A DNA stretch of 64,000 nt, from contig CAVVJT010000003.1 in NCBI GenBank assembly GCA_963748625.1, positions 192,001 through 256,000 of the forward strand, written 5' to 3'. This document shows, one piece after another, positions 31,895-41,560 of the stretch. The stretch comes from an uncultured Chloroflexia bacterium. Its GTDB lineage: Bacteria; Chloroflexota; Limnocylindria; Limnocylindrales; CSP1-4. The stretch's first letter is position 1; each line of letters opens with the position of its first letter. Both the position numbers and the translations under genes were made by a program. The notes under the pieces were generated by a model. It was not told where the DNA came from and made no database searches. It saw nothing but the letters and a program-made list of their open reading frames with translations.

Positions 31895-33004
31895 TCAGTC
31901 CACGCTCCCTGGCGAGCCGAGGGCATTGGTGCTGGCGGGTGAATCCGGCGTCTGCTCCGACATGCCCAGCGACTCGGCGATCTGCTCGGTGACCTGTCCG
32001 CGCACGGCGACGGCCGCGGTCTCCACTGCGTACCAGATCATCCGGCGTTTGGCCGAGCCATGGGTGATGAGCAGCATGCCACGCACCCCCAGCAGCGGCG
32101 AGGCACCGACGACCTCGTAGTCGAAGTTGCCCCGGATACGCGCGATGGACGGCTTCATCAGCAGGCCCGCGATCTTGCCGCGCAGGGAGCCCAGGAACTC
32201 GGCCTTGAGCATGTCGAAGATGTACATCGACAGGCCCTCGAAGAACTTGATGACCACGTTGCCCAGGACCGCGTCGCACACGACGACATCGGCGGCGAAC
32301 CTCGTCAGGTCACGGCCCTCGACGTTGCCGATGAAGTTGAGGTCCGTCTCGTCGATGAGCTCGGTGGCGCGAGCGATCCGCGCGTCGCCCTTCCCCTTCT
32401 CCTCCCCGATGGAGAGCAGTGCGACACGGGGGTTCGCGATGCCCATCACCCGCTCCGCGAAGATCGAGCCCATGCGCGCGTACTGCGCGAGGTTCTCGGC
32501 CGTGGAGTCAGGGTTGGCGCCGATGTCCAGCAGCAGGAACGGCTTGGCGCCGGGCAGCTGGACGGCGAGTGCCGGGCGGTCGATGCCGGGCAGGGTGCCG
32601 AGGATCAGCTTGCCGGCCGCAAAGCCCGCCCCCGTGTGGCCGGCCGTGATGACCGCGTCCGCCTCGCCGTTCTTGACGAGCTCGGTGGCCACGCGGATCG
32701 AGGACTGCTTCTTGCGCGCGAGCGCTCGGGCGGGGTGCTCGTCCATGCCAACGACCTCGGGGCCGTGGACGAACGTCACGTTGGCGGGCGCTTCGCCCGC
32801 GAGCCCCTGGAGCAGCGGCACGTCACCCACCAGGATGACGGCGTCAGCCGGGTGTTCCAGGGCCCACTTCACGGCACCGGGAACGACTTCCGACGCGCCA
32901 TGATCGCCACCCATCGCGTCAACGGCGATGCGGACGCCACCGCTCGAAGGCACAGGGCTACCGCTGTCGGCGCCTGGTGTTCCGGGAGTCTCGCTCGTGG
33001 TCAC
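31895..33004 (-). CDS. plsX: Phosphate acyltransferase PlsX
   Basis: IAVDAMGGD, GHTGA, DRPAL, LDIGAN, GEEKGKG, FIGNVEG, HGS. Confidence 0.95.
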   Translation of the reverse strand: MTTSETPGTPGADSGSPVPSSGGVRIAVDAMGGDHGASEVVPGAVKWALEHPADAVILVGDVPLLQGLAGEAPANVTFVHGPEVVGMDEHPARALARKKQSSIRVATELVKNGEADAVITAGHTGAGFAAGKLILGTLPGIDRPALAVQLPGAKPFLLLDIGANPDSTAENLAQYARMGSIFAERVMGIANPRVALLSIGEEKGKGDARIARATELIDETDLNFIGNVEGRDLTRFAADVVVCDAVLGNVVIKFFEGLSMYIFDMLKAEFLGSLRGKIAGLLMKPSIARIRGNFDYEVVGASPLLGVRGMLLITHGSAKRRMIWYAVETAAVAVRGQVTEQIAESLGMSEQTPDSPASTNALGSPGSVD

Positions 33005-33011
33005 GAGCGGG

Positions 33012-33218
33012 TTACGCGGACTCCTCGCCCGCGCCGCCGGCCGGCTTCAGCTGAACAGCCTGGCGGCCGTTGTACCAGCCACAGGCCGGGCACACCCGGT
33101 GCGGCAGCTTCGGCTCGTGGCAATGCGTGCACTCGACGAGCTGCGGCAGGGTGAGGGCGTGGTGGCTCCGCCGGTCCATCTGCCGTGCGTGAGCGACCTT
33201 TCGCTTCGGCACACCCAT
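33012..33218 (-). CDS. rpmF: 50S ribosomal protein L32 (Zn-binding form)
   Basis: VPKRK, CTHC..PHRVCPACGWY. Confidence 0.95.
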   Translation of the reverse strand: MGVPKRKVAHARQMDRRSHHALTLPQLVECTHCHEPKLPHRVCPACGWYNGRQAVQLKPAGGAGEESA

Positions 33219-33346
33219 GTCGGTCTCTGCTCCTTGTTCGGTCGTGATGTCGCGCGCGGGCGTGCCCGCGTGTCGGTCAGGTCAAGTCGCCCGCTACCCG
33301 GGGCGCGCGAATGCGCCGCCGCAGGACGTGGGGCCGAGCGGGGAGT

Positions 33347-33940
33347 CTACCGGGTCTCGTCGTCCGCGTCGAACCGGAACGCGCGCAGCGCCTCAAGGCG
33401 GGGGTCGATCGGGCCGTCACCGTGGCCGTGACCCGGCTCCTGGCGCTCTCCGCACTCCGGGCACAGGCCGGGGCAGTCCGGCTCACACAAGTAGGCGATG
33501 GGCTCCTGGAGGCTGATCGCCTCGGCGAGGAGCGACCGCAGGTCCAGCTCGTGATGGCCTGTGAGGCGGGGCGCCTCCGGGTCGGCATCCTCCTCGAGCG
33601 GGACCGGCTGGCCGGTCACCATGTCGATGGTGGGCAGGACCTCCTCGTCGACGCGTGCCGCGAGGATCGTCTCCACCGGGCGCAGGCAGCGGGCGCACTC
33701 CCCCGCCATCGCGGTGGCGACCCTGGCCTCCACGATCAGGCCCCGGTTCGTCCGCGAGAGCTTGAGCGCCCCGGCCACGGGCCGGCTGAGCTGCACCCCC
33801 TCGCCGATCTCGACCTCGACCGGACCGATGGGGTACTCGCGGACGGTTCCCGGCGCCTCGGCCATGAGGCCGGACATGGCCAGGAGGAGCGGATCGCCGT
33901 GGGCGTCGAGCGGATGTGCGCGGCTGGAGTCGGGGTTCAT
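33347..33940 (-). CDS. yceD: DUF177/YceD family protein
   Basis: ECARCL, LCEPDCPGLCPECG, IDPRLEAL; upstream of rpmF. Confidence 0.92.
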   Translation of the reverse strand: MNPDSSRAHPLDAHGDPLLLAMSGLMAEAPGTVREYPIGPVEVEIGEGVQLSRPVAGALKLSRTNRGLIVEARVATAMAGECARCLRPVETILAARVDEEVLPTIDMVTGQPVPLEEDADPEAPRLTGHHELDLRSLLAEAISLQEPIAYLCEPDCPGLCPECGERQEPGHGHGDGPIDPRLEALRAFRFDADDETR

Positions 33941-34500
33941 CGCCGGCCGGCCGGTGAGGCTCCCGCTTCTTCGTCCTCGAAGCCGTCGGACGTGCTGACG
34001 GGCGCGTAGGCATCCTCGTCGTAGACGGGCTCGGTGGCGGTCGGCTGGGAGGCCGCGCGGCGCTCGTCGAGCATCTGGATGCCTCGCTCGATCTGCGCGA
34101 GCGTGCTGGTGACCGATGTCTCGAGGGTGGCGAGCACGCCGGCGGCGTAGTCGTCGGCGCCGGCCCGGACATCGACTGCGTCCGCCTCGGCATCGGCGAG
34201 GATCCGCCGGCTCTCATCCTCGGCGGCCTCCGTGAGGCCTCGCTCCCCGATCAGGTATGCGGCCTGCTCCTGGGCGCGGGCGACGATCCGCTCGGCCTCC
34301 TCCTGCGCCTTCTCGATGATCCGCTCGCCCTCCTGGTTGATCCGCTTGGCGGCACGGACCTCCTCGGGCACGGCGACACGCAGCTCATCGATGAGATTGA
34401 GGGCAGCGTCCCGGTCGATGATGGCGCTGCGCGTCAACGGCAGGGGTTTGCCGTTCGCGATCAGCGACTCGAGCCGCTCGACGAGAAAGATGATGTCCAG
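33937..34500 (-). CDS. Conserved coiled-coil protein downstream of coaD (probable CTG start)
   Basis: Frame continues to CTG GAC ATC ATC (L/M-DIIFLVERLESLIANGKPLP), 6 nt after SD GGGAGG; PEEVRAA...GADDYA motifs. Confidence 0.8.
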   Translation of the reverse strand: MDIIFLVERLESLIANGKPLPLTRSAIIDRDAALNLIDELRVAVPEEVRAAKRINQEGERIIEKAQEEAERIVARAQEQAAYLIGERGLTEAAEDESRRILADAEADAVDVRAGADDYAAGVLATLETSVTSTLAQIERGIQMLDERRAASQPTATEPVYDEDAYAPVSTSDGFEDEEAGASPAGRR

Positions 34501-34590
34501 CGGGGGCCTCCCCTGGGCGCACCGCCCCGGCGGGGCGTGATCACCCGGATTATGGCACGGCAGCGGCGCGCGCCCGGTCCGTTGCGCGTT

Positions 34591-35088
34591 CTACCGGCGT
34601 CCCGCGAGCGCCAGGGCCATTGCGGCATCGGCTGCGGGCGGCAGCATCGCCTGCACCTCGCCCCCGAAGAGCGCGATCTCCTTGACCAGGCTCGAGGAGA
34701 TGAAGCTGTTCTCCAGGCTGGTCATGAAGAACACCGTGTCGATGTCAGGGGCCAGCTGGTGATTGTTGTGGGCAAGCTGGAGCTCGATGTCGAAGTCCGC
34801 GATCGCGCGCAGGCCGCGCACCAGGAACGCGGCGCCCACCTCCTGGCAGAACTGGACCGTCAGCCCGTCGAACGTGCGGACCTCCACCACGGGTGCGAGA
34901 TCCGGATCGTCGGCGACCACGGCGCGGATGATGGCGACGCGCTCCTCGGCCGACAGCAGCGGCGACTTGCGCGGGTTGCCGAGCACCGCCACCACGACAT
35001 GGTCGAAGACGTGGGCCGCGCGCCGGATGATGTCCACGTGGCCATTGGTGATCGGGTCGAAGGACCCCGGGTAGACCGCGACCTTCAC
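34591..35088 (-). CDS. coaD: Phosphopantetheine adenylyltransferase
   Basis: YPGSFDPITNGH, LVRGLR, ISSSLVKEIA. Confidence 0.97.
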   Translation of the reverse strand: MKVAVYPGSFDPITNGHVDIIRRAAHVFDHVVVAVLGNPRKSPLLSAEERVAIIRAVVADDPDLAPVVEVRTFDGLTVQFCQEVGAAFLVRGLRAIADFDIELQLAHNNHQLAPDIDTVFFMTSLENSFISSSLVKEIALFGGEVQAMLPPAADAAMALALAGRR

Positions 35089-35678
35089 GCCTCACCGCCT
35101 TCCTGGGACGGCGCCACACCGCGCCGGTAGAACGTCAGCGCCGTCTCGCCGAAGCGGCGCTCACGCTCGGATGCTAGCAGCCCGATCACCGGTGGGGGCG
35201 CGTCCCGCCAGAAGTGCTTCGAGATCACGACCCCGCCGGGCCGCACGTGCGCCGCGACCTGCTCGAGCGCGCGGACGAGGGATGGGACATCGGCGTACGG
35301 CGGATCCACGATCACGATGTCGAACGGGCCGGCCGCTGCGGCGCCCGCGGGGTCCGCGAGCCAGGCGGCCACGTCGCGCCTGACGACCTGCGCCTCCGCT
35401 TCGAGGCGGGCTCGCCTCATGTTCTCGTGGATGACGCGGACCGCCCCGGCATCCTTCTCGACGAACACTGCCCGCGCCGCACCCCGGCTGAGCGCCTCGA
35501 TGCCCCCGGCGCCGGAGCCCGCGAACAGGTCCAGGACGACCGCGTCCTCGAGCTCGGGCTCCAGCACGCCGAACAGGGTCTGCTTCACGCGGTCGGTGAG
35601 CGGGCGCGTGCCGGGCCCGGGCGCGGCGAGTCGGACACCCCGCGCGGAACCTGCGATCACGCGGCCGGCGTCGGCCAT
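35085..35678 (-). CDS. rsmD: 16S rRNA m2G966 methyltransferase
   Basis: RVIAGSARG, TRPLTDRVKQTLF, LDLFAGSG, DPPY. Confidence 0.93.
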   Translation of the reverse strand: MADAGRVIAGSARGVRLAAPGPGTRPLTDRVKQTLFGVLEPELEDAVVLDLFAGSGAGGIEALSRGAARAVFVEKDAGAVRVIHENMRRARLEAEAQVVRRDVAAWLADPAGAAAAGPFDIVIVDPPYADVPSLVRALEQVAAHVRPGGVVISKHFWRDAPPPVIGLLASERERRFGETALTFYRRGVAPSQEGGEA

Positions 35679-37951
35679 CAGGCGGCACTTGCCGGGTCGC
35701 CGGCAAAGACATGGCGGAGCCAGCCGTGCTCCAGCTCCTGGCGCAGGGCGGGCTCGGTCGGGAGGATGGACCCCTGGCTGTCGAGGAGCGCCTCCGCGTC
35801 CACACGTGCCTCGGCCGCAAGCGCCCGGTGCTCGAGATTCGTGAGCGTCGCCACGCGCAGCCTCGGCAGGCCGCTCTGCGCGAGGCCCAGGACGTTGCCC
35901 TCGCGACGCAGCTCAAAGTCTTTCTCGGCCAGCAGGAAGCCGTCCGAGGAGGCGGCCACCGCCTTGAGGCGCTCGTGCTCGGTGCTGCCCTCGGCGGCCT
36001 CGCTCACGAGCACACAGAAGGACGCGTCGGTGCCGCGGCCCACCCGGCCGCGGAGCTGGTGGAGCTGCGCGAGCCCGAAGCGCTCCGCGCTCTCGACGAT
36101 CATCAGCGTCGCCTCCGGTACGTCCACGCCCACCTCGATCACGGTGGTGCCCACCAGGACGTCCAGCTCCCCGTCGCGGAAGCGGGCCATCTCCAGGTCG
36201 CGGTCGGCCGCCTTGAGGCGCCCGTGGACGAGGCCCACCCGCAGCGGCGCAAGCAGGGCGGTGAGGCGCGTGAACTCCTCCTCCGCAGCAGCGGCCCAGG
36301 CGGTCTCGAGATCCTCGTCGGGCAGCTCGTCGTCGCCGCCGTATCCCGAGTCGGGATCGTCAGCTTTGGCGGCCGCCGGACCGATCCGCGGCACCACGAC
36401 GAACGTCCGGCGGCCATGCGCAGCTTCGTCGCGGACGCGCTGCCAGGTCCCGTCGAGCTCGTCCGTGCGGCGGATGCCGGTCCGGATGGCGATGCGGCCC
36501 GCGGGCGGGGTGTGCAGCTCCGAGAGGTCGAGGTCCGCGTAGAGCACCTGGCCCAGCGTCCGCGGGATGGGCGTCGCGGTCATGAGCAGCACGTGCGGCG
36601 CATGGCGGGCCTTGGCCTCGAGTGCGCCACGCTGCTCCACCCCAAACCGGTGCTGCTCGTCCACCACGGCGAGCGCGAGGTCCCGGAAGACGACCTTCTC
36701 CTGGAGCAGCGCGTGCGTGCCCACCACCACCTGCGCCTGTCCGGTCTCGATCGCCTCGTAGGCGTTCTTGCGGCCGGGCGCGGTGAGCGATCCCGTGAGC
36801 AGCGTCACCGGCAGGCCGAGGTCCTCCAGGAGTGCCCCCACCGTGACCGCATGCTGCCGGGCGAGCAGGTCCGTGGGCGCCAGCAGCGCCGCCTGCCGAC
36901 CCGCGAGCGCCGCGGCGGCGAGGGCCCAGGCGGCCACCGCCGTCTTGCCCGAGCCCACGTCCCCCTGGACCAGCCGGAGCATGGGGACCGGCCGGGCGAG
37001 GTCCGCGCGGATCTCGGCGAGCGTCGTGGCCTGGTCGTCGGTCAGCTGCACCGGGTGGCCCAGCTTGCGCGAGATCGACGCGGCAAGCGCCTCGCGGACG
37101 CGCTCGTCCGTCGCGGCATCCACGTCGATGGCCAGGGTCGTGGCCCGCCCACGCGCCCGCCGCCGCCCCACCATGCCCAGCTGCAGCGCGAGGAGCTCGT
37201 CGAACGCCAGGCGGCGCAGAGCCCCGTCCTTCGCCTCGAACTCGGCCGGGTAGTGGGCCGACTCGAGGGCCGCGGTGATCCCCGGAAGCCCGTGGCGGGC
37301 CATCACCGGCGCCGGCAGGTACTCGGGGTAGACAGCGCCGGCCCCATCGAGGGCGGCCCGCATTGCCGCCCGCAGCCGGGCAGCGGTGACGCCGCTCGTC
37401 AGGCGGTAGACGGGAACGATCCGCCCGACGTGCAGCAGGTTGGCAGCATCAGCCGGCTGGAAGTCCGGGCCATCGAAGACGATGCCCCCGTTGCGGTGGC
37501 GGATCTTGCCCGACACCAGGATCTCGTCACCCTCGCGCAGGCGGCGCTCGATGAAGCGGCGGCCGAACCACGATGCCGTGGCGAAGCCCGTGGGATCCAC
37601 GAGCCGGGCCTCGGTGACCTGGACCTTGCGCCGCCAGGTCTGCTGCACATGGACGGACTGCACCGTGACATGGGCGGAGGCGACGGTCCCGTCATCGAGG
37701 GAGCGCACGCCCGCCAGCGTCCGCAGCTCGCGCAGGTCGTCGTAGCGACGCGGGAGATGGAACAGGAAATCCCGCACACTCTCGATGCCCATGCGGCGGG
37801 CCTGGCGCTTGAGGCCGGTCAGCTGCGGGATGCCGCTGGCGCCCAGGGAGGCGGCCAGGAGCTCGACCGGGTCGGATGGCACCGTCTGGACGACCGGCGG
37901 CCGGAGCGACCGGCCGGCCTTCGGCGTGGCGGCCCGCCTGCGCTCGCTCAC
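35678..37951 (-). CDS. recG: ATP-dependent DNA helicase RecG
   Basis: QGDVGSGKT, DEQHRFG, TATPIPR, TTVIEVGVD, QLHQLRGRVGRG. Confidence 0.96.
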   Translation of the reverse strand: MSERRRAATPKAGRSLRPPVVQTVPSDPVELLAASLGASGIPQLTGLKRQARRMGIESVRDFLFHLPRRYDDLRELRTLAGVRSLDDGTVASAHVTVQSVHVQQTWRRKVQVTEARLVDPTGFATASWFGRRFIERRLREGDEILVSGKIRHRNGGIVFDGPDFQPADAANLLHVGRIVPVYRLTSGVTAARLRAAMRAALDGAGAVYPEYLPAPVMARHGLPGITAALESAHYPAEFEAKDGALRRLAFDELLALQLGMVGRRRARGRATTLAIDVDAATDERVREALAASISRKLGHPVQLTDDQATTLAEIRADLARPVPMLRLVQGDVGSGKTAVAAWALAAAALAGRQAALLAPTDLLARQHAVTVGALLEDLGLPVTLLTGSLTAPGRKNAYEAIETGQAQVVVGTHALLQEKVVFRDLALAVVDEQHRFGVEQRGALEAKARHAPHVLLMTATPIPRTLGQVLYADLDLSELHTPPAGRIAIRTGIRRTDELDGTWQRVRDEAAHGRRTFVVVPRIGPAAAKADDPDSGYGGDDELPDEDLETAWAAAAEEEFTRLTALLAPLRVGLVHGRLKAADRDLEMARFRDGELDVLVGTTVIEVGVDVPEATLMIVESAERFGLAQLHQLRGRVGRGTDASFCVLVSEAAEGSTEHERLKAVAASSDGFLLAEKDFELRREGNVLGLAQSGLPRLRVATLTNLEHRALAAEARVDAEALLDSQGSILPTEPALRQELEHGWLRHVFAGDPASAA

Positions 37952-39705
37952 TCCGCGGAGATCAGGTACCGGTAATGGGGCTGGCCCCCGTGGGCAAGGA
38001 CCACGTCCTCGAGACCCGGCGCTGCCTCGCGAATCCGCCCCACGAGCGCCTCGGCCTCGTCGAGCGTGGCGTCCTCGCCGTAATAGATGGTGATCAGTGC
38101 GAAGCCCGGCGCCAGACGCGCGATCGCAGCAAGCACGGCCTTGGTGGTGTCGTTGTCCACCGAGAGCAGGCCGTCATCGGGGTCGAGCACGATGGTCTGG
38201 CCCTTGCGCACCTTGTGGCCCGAGACGGTGGCGTCGCGGACGGCCTCGGTGGCCTGCATGGTCTGGAGCCCGCGGCCGGCCTCGGTCATGCCGGCGGCGT
38301 TGGCGGCCGCGGCGCGCGTCGGATCCAGCTCGAACAGGGCAGCCACGCCCTCCGCGCAGTTGCGCGTCGGGACGACGTGGACGACACGGTCGGTCATGGA
38401 TGCGACCTGGCGCGCCGCCAGCACGACGTTGGGGTTGTTGGGCAGGATCAGGAGCTCATCGGCCTGGGTCGCCTGGACCGCCTCGAGCAGCTCGCCGGTG
38501 GACGGGTTCGCGCTCTGGCCCCCGCGGACGATCCGGAAGGCGCCGAACTCGCGGAAGTGCGCCGCAGTGTCCTCGAGGATCGCAGCGAGGCCGTCGGACG
38601 GGGCGACGCACACGACCCCCAGCGGCATCCGCGTGGCGGGACCTTGCGACGCCTCGGCATCGGCGGCAACCGCCCCGGCCTGCGCTAGCAGCACGGACCT
38701 CGCCTGGTGCTCGGATCCCGTGCCGCCCTCCTCGCCGACGAACGCGGCAGCTTTTGCCTCGCGCACATCGTGGGCCTGGTTGTCGAGGTTCTCGATCGTG
38801 ATCCGCGACAGCGAGCCGATGCCCAGGCCGTACGAGATCACGGCGTCCGGGCGATCGTTGTGGACGTGGACCTTCACCATGTGGGCGTCGCCGGCGACCA
38901 TCACCGAGTCCCCGATGGACTCCAGGTGGGCCTGGATGGCGGGCACATCCAGCGCGTGCCCCGGGTTGGCGCGCAGCAGGTAGACGGTCTCGTAGCCGAA
39001 CGCGCTCTCCTCGCCCGAGGGGACGGCGACTGGAGCGGGACGAGGGCTGACTTGGGCACCGACCCGGGTGGGGGCCGTGGCGGTCTGGCCCCGTACGGCC
39101 CCGAGCGCGCCCTGGAGGAGCCGGAAGAGTCCCTGGCCGCCCGAGTCAACGACGTGGGCCTCGCGCAGGATCGGCAGCAGGCTGGGGGTCTTGGCGACCG
39201 CCTTCTCGGCGGCGTCCACGGCGGCGGCGAGCACCGCCTCGGCGCTGTTGTCGCGCTCGGCGGCCGCGACGGCTGCTGCCGACGCCTCCCGCACGACCGT
39301 CAGGATGGTTCCCTCGACGGGCTTCGCGACGGCCCCATAGGCCTTCTTCGTTCCGGCCTCCAGGGCATAGGCGAGGTCGAGCCCGTTGAAGCGGCGCTTG
39401 CCGGCCAGGCCATGGGCCACGCCCGCGAGGATCTGGCTGGTGATGACCCCGGAGTTGCCGCGCGCGCCCATCAGGGCCCCGAAGCTCACGGCCTGGGCAA
39501 TCCGCTCCGCGTCACCCTCCGGCCCCACCTTGTCCGCCTCCTCGAGCGCGGCGCGCACGGTGGCGAGCATGTTGGTGCCGGTGTCGCCGTCGGGGACCGG
39601 GAAGACGTTGAGCGAGTTGATCTCGTCCACGTTCGCTTCGAGGGTGGCGACCGCAGCCCGGAACGCGGCCAGGAGGCCGGCCCCGTCACATGACCGACGC
39701 GGCAT
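37948..39705 (-). CDS. DAK2-domain fatty acid kinase subunit (FakA/YloV)
   Basis: NSLNVFPVPDGDTGTNM, GARGNSGVI, VDSGG, KVHVH, GGQSANPST, GGQPHY. Confidence 0.93.
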   Translation of the reverse strand: MPRRSCDGAGLLAAFRAAVATLEANVDEINSLNVFPVPDGDTGTNMLATVRAALEEADKVGPEGDAERIAQAVSFGALMGARGNSGVITSQILAGVAHGLAGKRRFNGLDLAYALEAGTKKAYGAVAKPVEGTILTVVREASAAAVAAAERDNSAEAVLAAAVDAAEKAVAKTPSLLPILREAHVVDSGGQGLFRLLQGALGAVRGQTATAPTRVGAQVSPRPAPVAVPSGEESAFGYETVYLLRANPGHALDVPAIQAHLESIGDSVMVAGDAHMVKVHVHNDRPDAVISYGLGIGSLSRITIENLDNQAHDVREAKAAAFVGEEGGTGSEHQARSVLLAQAGAVAADAEASQGPATRMPLGVVCVAPSDGLAAILEDTAAHFREFGAFRIVRGGQSANPSTGELLEAVQATQADELLILPNNPNVVLAARQVASMTDRVVHVVPTRNCAEGVAALFELDPTRAAAANAAGMTEAGRGLQTMQATEAVRDATVSGHKVRKGQTIVLDPDDGLLSVDNDTTKAVLAAIARLAPGFALITIYYGEDATLDEAEALVGRIREAAPGLEDVVLAHGGQPHYRYLISAE

Positions 39706-40127
39706 CAGGCGACGTCCGTCCCGCTCGCCGCAAGGTCCGACGGGCCGGGCTCGCCCGAGGCGGGTGGGGCCTCGACCGGGGCGGCGAGACGCTGCTGGTG
39801 GACGAGGCGGCCGATGCGGATCGTGACCTCGTCCGGCTCGCGGCCGATGCCCTGGCGCAGGGTCCAGCGGACGGACGACTCCACCTGGCGGGCGACCTCC
39901 GCGATGGGCAGGCCGTACGCGACCGTGAGGCGCAAGTGGATGACGAGCTCGGGCTCGAGCTCCACGCGAAGGCCGGGATGGGCGAGTCCAACGCGCTCCA
40001 GCAGCCGCCGCACCGGTCCGCCACCGGCGAAGCCCGTCACGCCATAGCTTGACACCACGGCATTGCGGACGAGCTCCCGGACGGCGCGGCGCGTGACGAC
40101 CGAGCGGCCGGGGACAGGATCGGACAC
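39705..40127 (-). CDS. Asp23/Gls24 family protein (YloU-like)
   Basis: SSYGVTG, VAYGLPIAEVARQV; between rpmB and DAK2. Confidence 0.8.
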   Translation of the reverse strand: MSDPVPGRSVVTRRAVRELVRNAVVSSYGVTGFAGGGPVRRLLERVGLAHPGLRVELEPELVIHLRLTVAYGLPIAEVARQVESSVRWTLRQGIGREPDEVTIRIGRLVHQQRLAAPVEAPPASGEPGPSDLAASGTDVA

Positions 40128-40288
40128 GCGGACGACGACCTCCTCGTGGACGTGCCTCCCGCCGGTGTCCGGCGGGCGTCGACAGGGCTCCGGGACGGCG
40201 CCGGAGGCTGTGCTACCATACCACCCCGCTCACGCCGGTCCGCTGGCGTGCGCTCGTTTTCGGCCCAATCCGAGGATCATTACTGACC

Positions 40289-40489
40289 ATGGCTCGCAGC
40301 TGCGCCGTCTGCGGCAAGGTGTCGATGGGTGGCTTCAACCCGCAGTCGTCGGGGATGAACCGCGTTCGCGCACACCGCCGCTACCAGCCGAACCTCCAGG
40401 TCACGACGGTCAGCGGCAAGAACGGTGCGCCTGAGAAGGCGCTCGTCTGCACGCGCTGCCGCCGGACCGCCACCAAGAGCGCGCGCTAG
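40289..40489 (+). CDS. rpmB: 50S ribosomal protein L28 (Zn-binding form)
   Basis: MARSCAVCGK...PNLQ...VCTRC; divergent from asp23-DAK2. Confidence 0.9.
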   Translation: MARSCAVCGKVSMGGFNPQSSGMNRVRAHRRYQPNLQVTTVSGKNGAPEKALVCTRCRRTATKSAR

Positions 40490-40511
40490 ACCGTTCACCC
40501 GGCCTGGACAC

Positions 40512-40539
40512 AAGCCGGTCGCCCTGGCGGCCGGCTTTT
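40512..40539 (+). terminator. Intrinsic terminator after rpmB
   Basis: aagccggtcgcc-ct-ggcggccggctttt. Confidence 0.7.
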
Positions 40540-40640
40540 CGTGTGCCCTGCCGGCGTGCTCTGCCGGCGTTCGCCGGCGCTGCCTGACTCACCACTGGAG
40601 GGGCTATCCGGTTGACTTCGGTTCCCACAAGATGTAGTGG

Positions 40641-40919
40641 TCAGCCCTGCGACTCCGTCATGCCGCTCCGTCCTCGCACGAACCGCCGCCAGCCGAGGAC
40701 AAGGACACCGAGTCCGACCACCATCCCAACGAGATAGGACGTCCACACGGCGACGATCATGGTCAGGGTGTCGTCGATGACCGAGAGGTCGTCGCCGTAG
40801 AGGAGGACGAGGATCCAGTGGCCGACAAGGGCGCACGCGAACGTCGCGGCGAGACCGACCAGGACGGCGATCCCGGCCAGCATCACGAACTTGGCGGCCC
40901 CGATCAGGTGCCTCGTCAT
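40641..40919 (-). CDS. Small two-TM membrane protein (IS passenger)
   Basis: 92 aa, two hydrophobic segments; ATG overlaps the transposase stop (TTATGA); lies inside the TIRs. Confidence 0.65.
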   Translation of the reverse strand: MTRHLIGAAKFVMLAGIAVLVGLAATFACALVGHWILVLLYGDDLSVIDDTLTMIVAVWTSYLVGMVVGLGVLVLGWRRFVRGRSGMTESQG

Positions 40920-41560
40920 AATCGTCCCCCTGTCTGACGGGCCGTTCCGTCCGCCGCTGCCGCCTCTGACGCACCGAGAGGTTCGATCGTGGCGCTGACG
41001 CCGCCTGCGGCCTGCGACGTCGCACGGACGACCTTCTTCGACGGCGTGAAGGGCACCTTCGGCAGGTCCTTCGCGCCGGTGATCGTGTCGTAGGTCGTCG
41101 GGCGCGCCCGGTCCCGAGGCCGAGCAGCGTCTGGAAGGCGGCGGCGAGGTTGAGCCGGCGGTTGTGGCGGAACACGAACTCGTCGAGGTAGACGGCGAGG
41201 TGTCGGCGGGTCACGCCGCGATGGGTCCCATTCAGCCACGCCTTGAGATTCCCGATGGCCTGGTGAGCCGCGTCCGTTCGAGGTTCACGGTGGCCCGGCG
41301 CAGCTTATGGAGGATCATCCATGCCGTCTCGTAGCGGGCGATGCCGAGTTGCCGCTGGATCCCGAGGGCCGATACCCCGCGCTTGTCGGTGATCATGAGG
41401 AACGCCACCCAGAACCAGATGAGAAGGGGCGTGCGGGTCCGGTGGAGGATCCGTCGGGCCATCGGCACTCGGCCAGATACTGCTCGCATGCCTCGTCGGT
41501 CGAGAACCGGCGCTGGAACTCGATGAGGGTCTTGGGGAGTCCGGGGCGTCGGGCGGCCAC
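40916..41560 (-). pseudogene. IS1595-family transposase, internally deleted and frameshifted
   Basis: Fragments in several frames: PKTLIEFQRRFSTDEACEQYLAECRWPDG; ILHRTRTPLLIWF..KRGVSALGIQRQLGI..YETAWMILHKLRRA; IGNLKAWLNGTHRGV..HLAVYLDEFVFRHNRR. Zn ribbon and most of the DDE core are missing. Confidence 0.88.
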
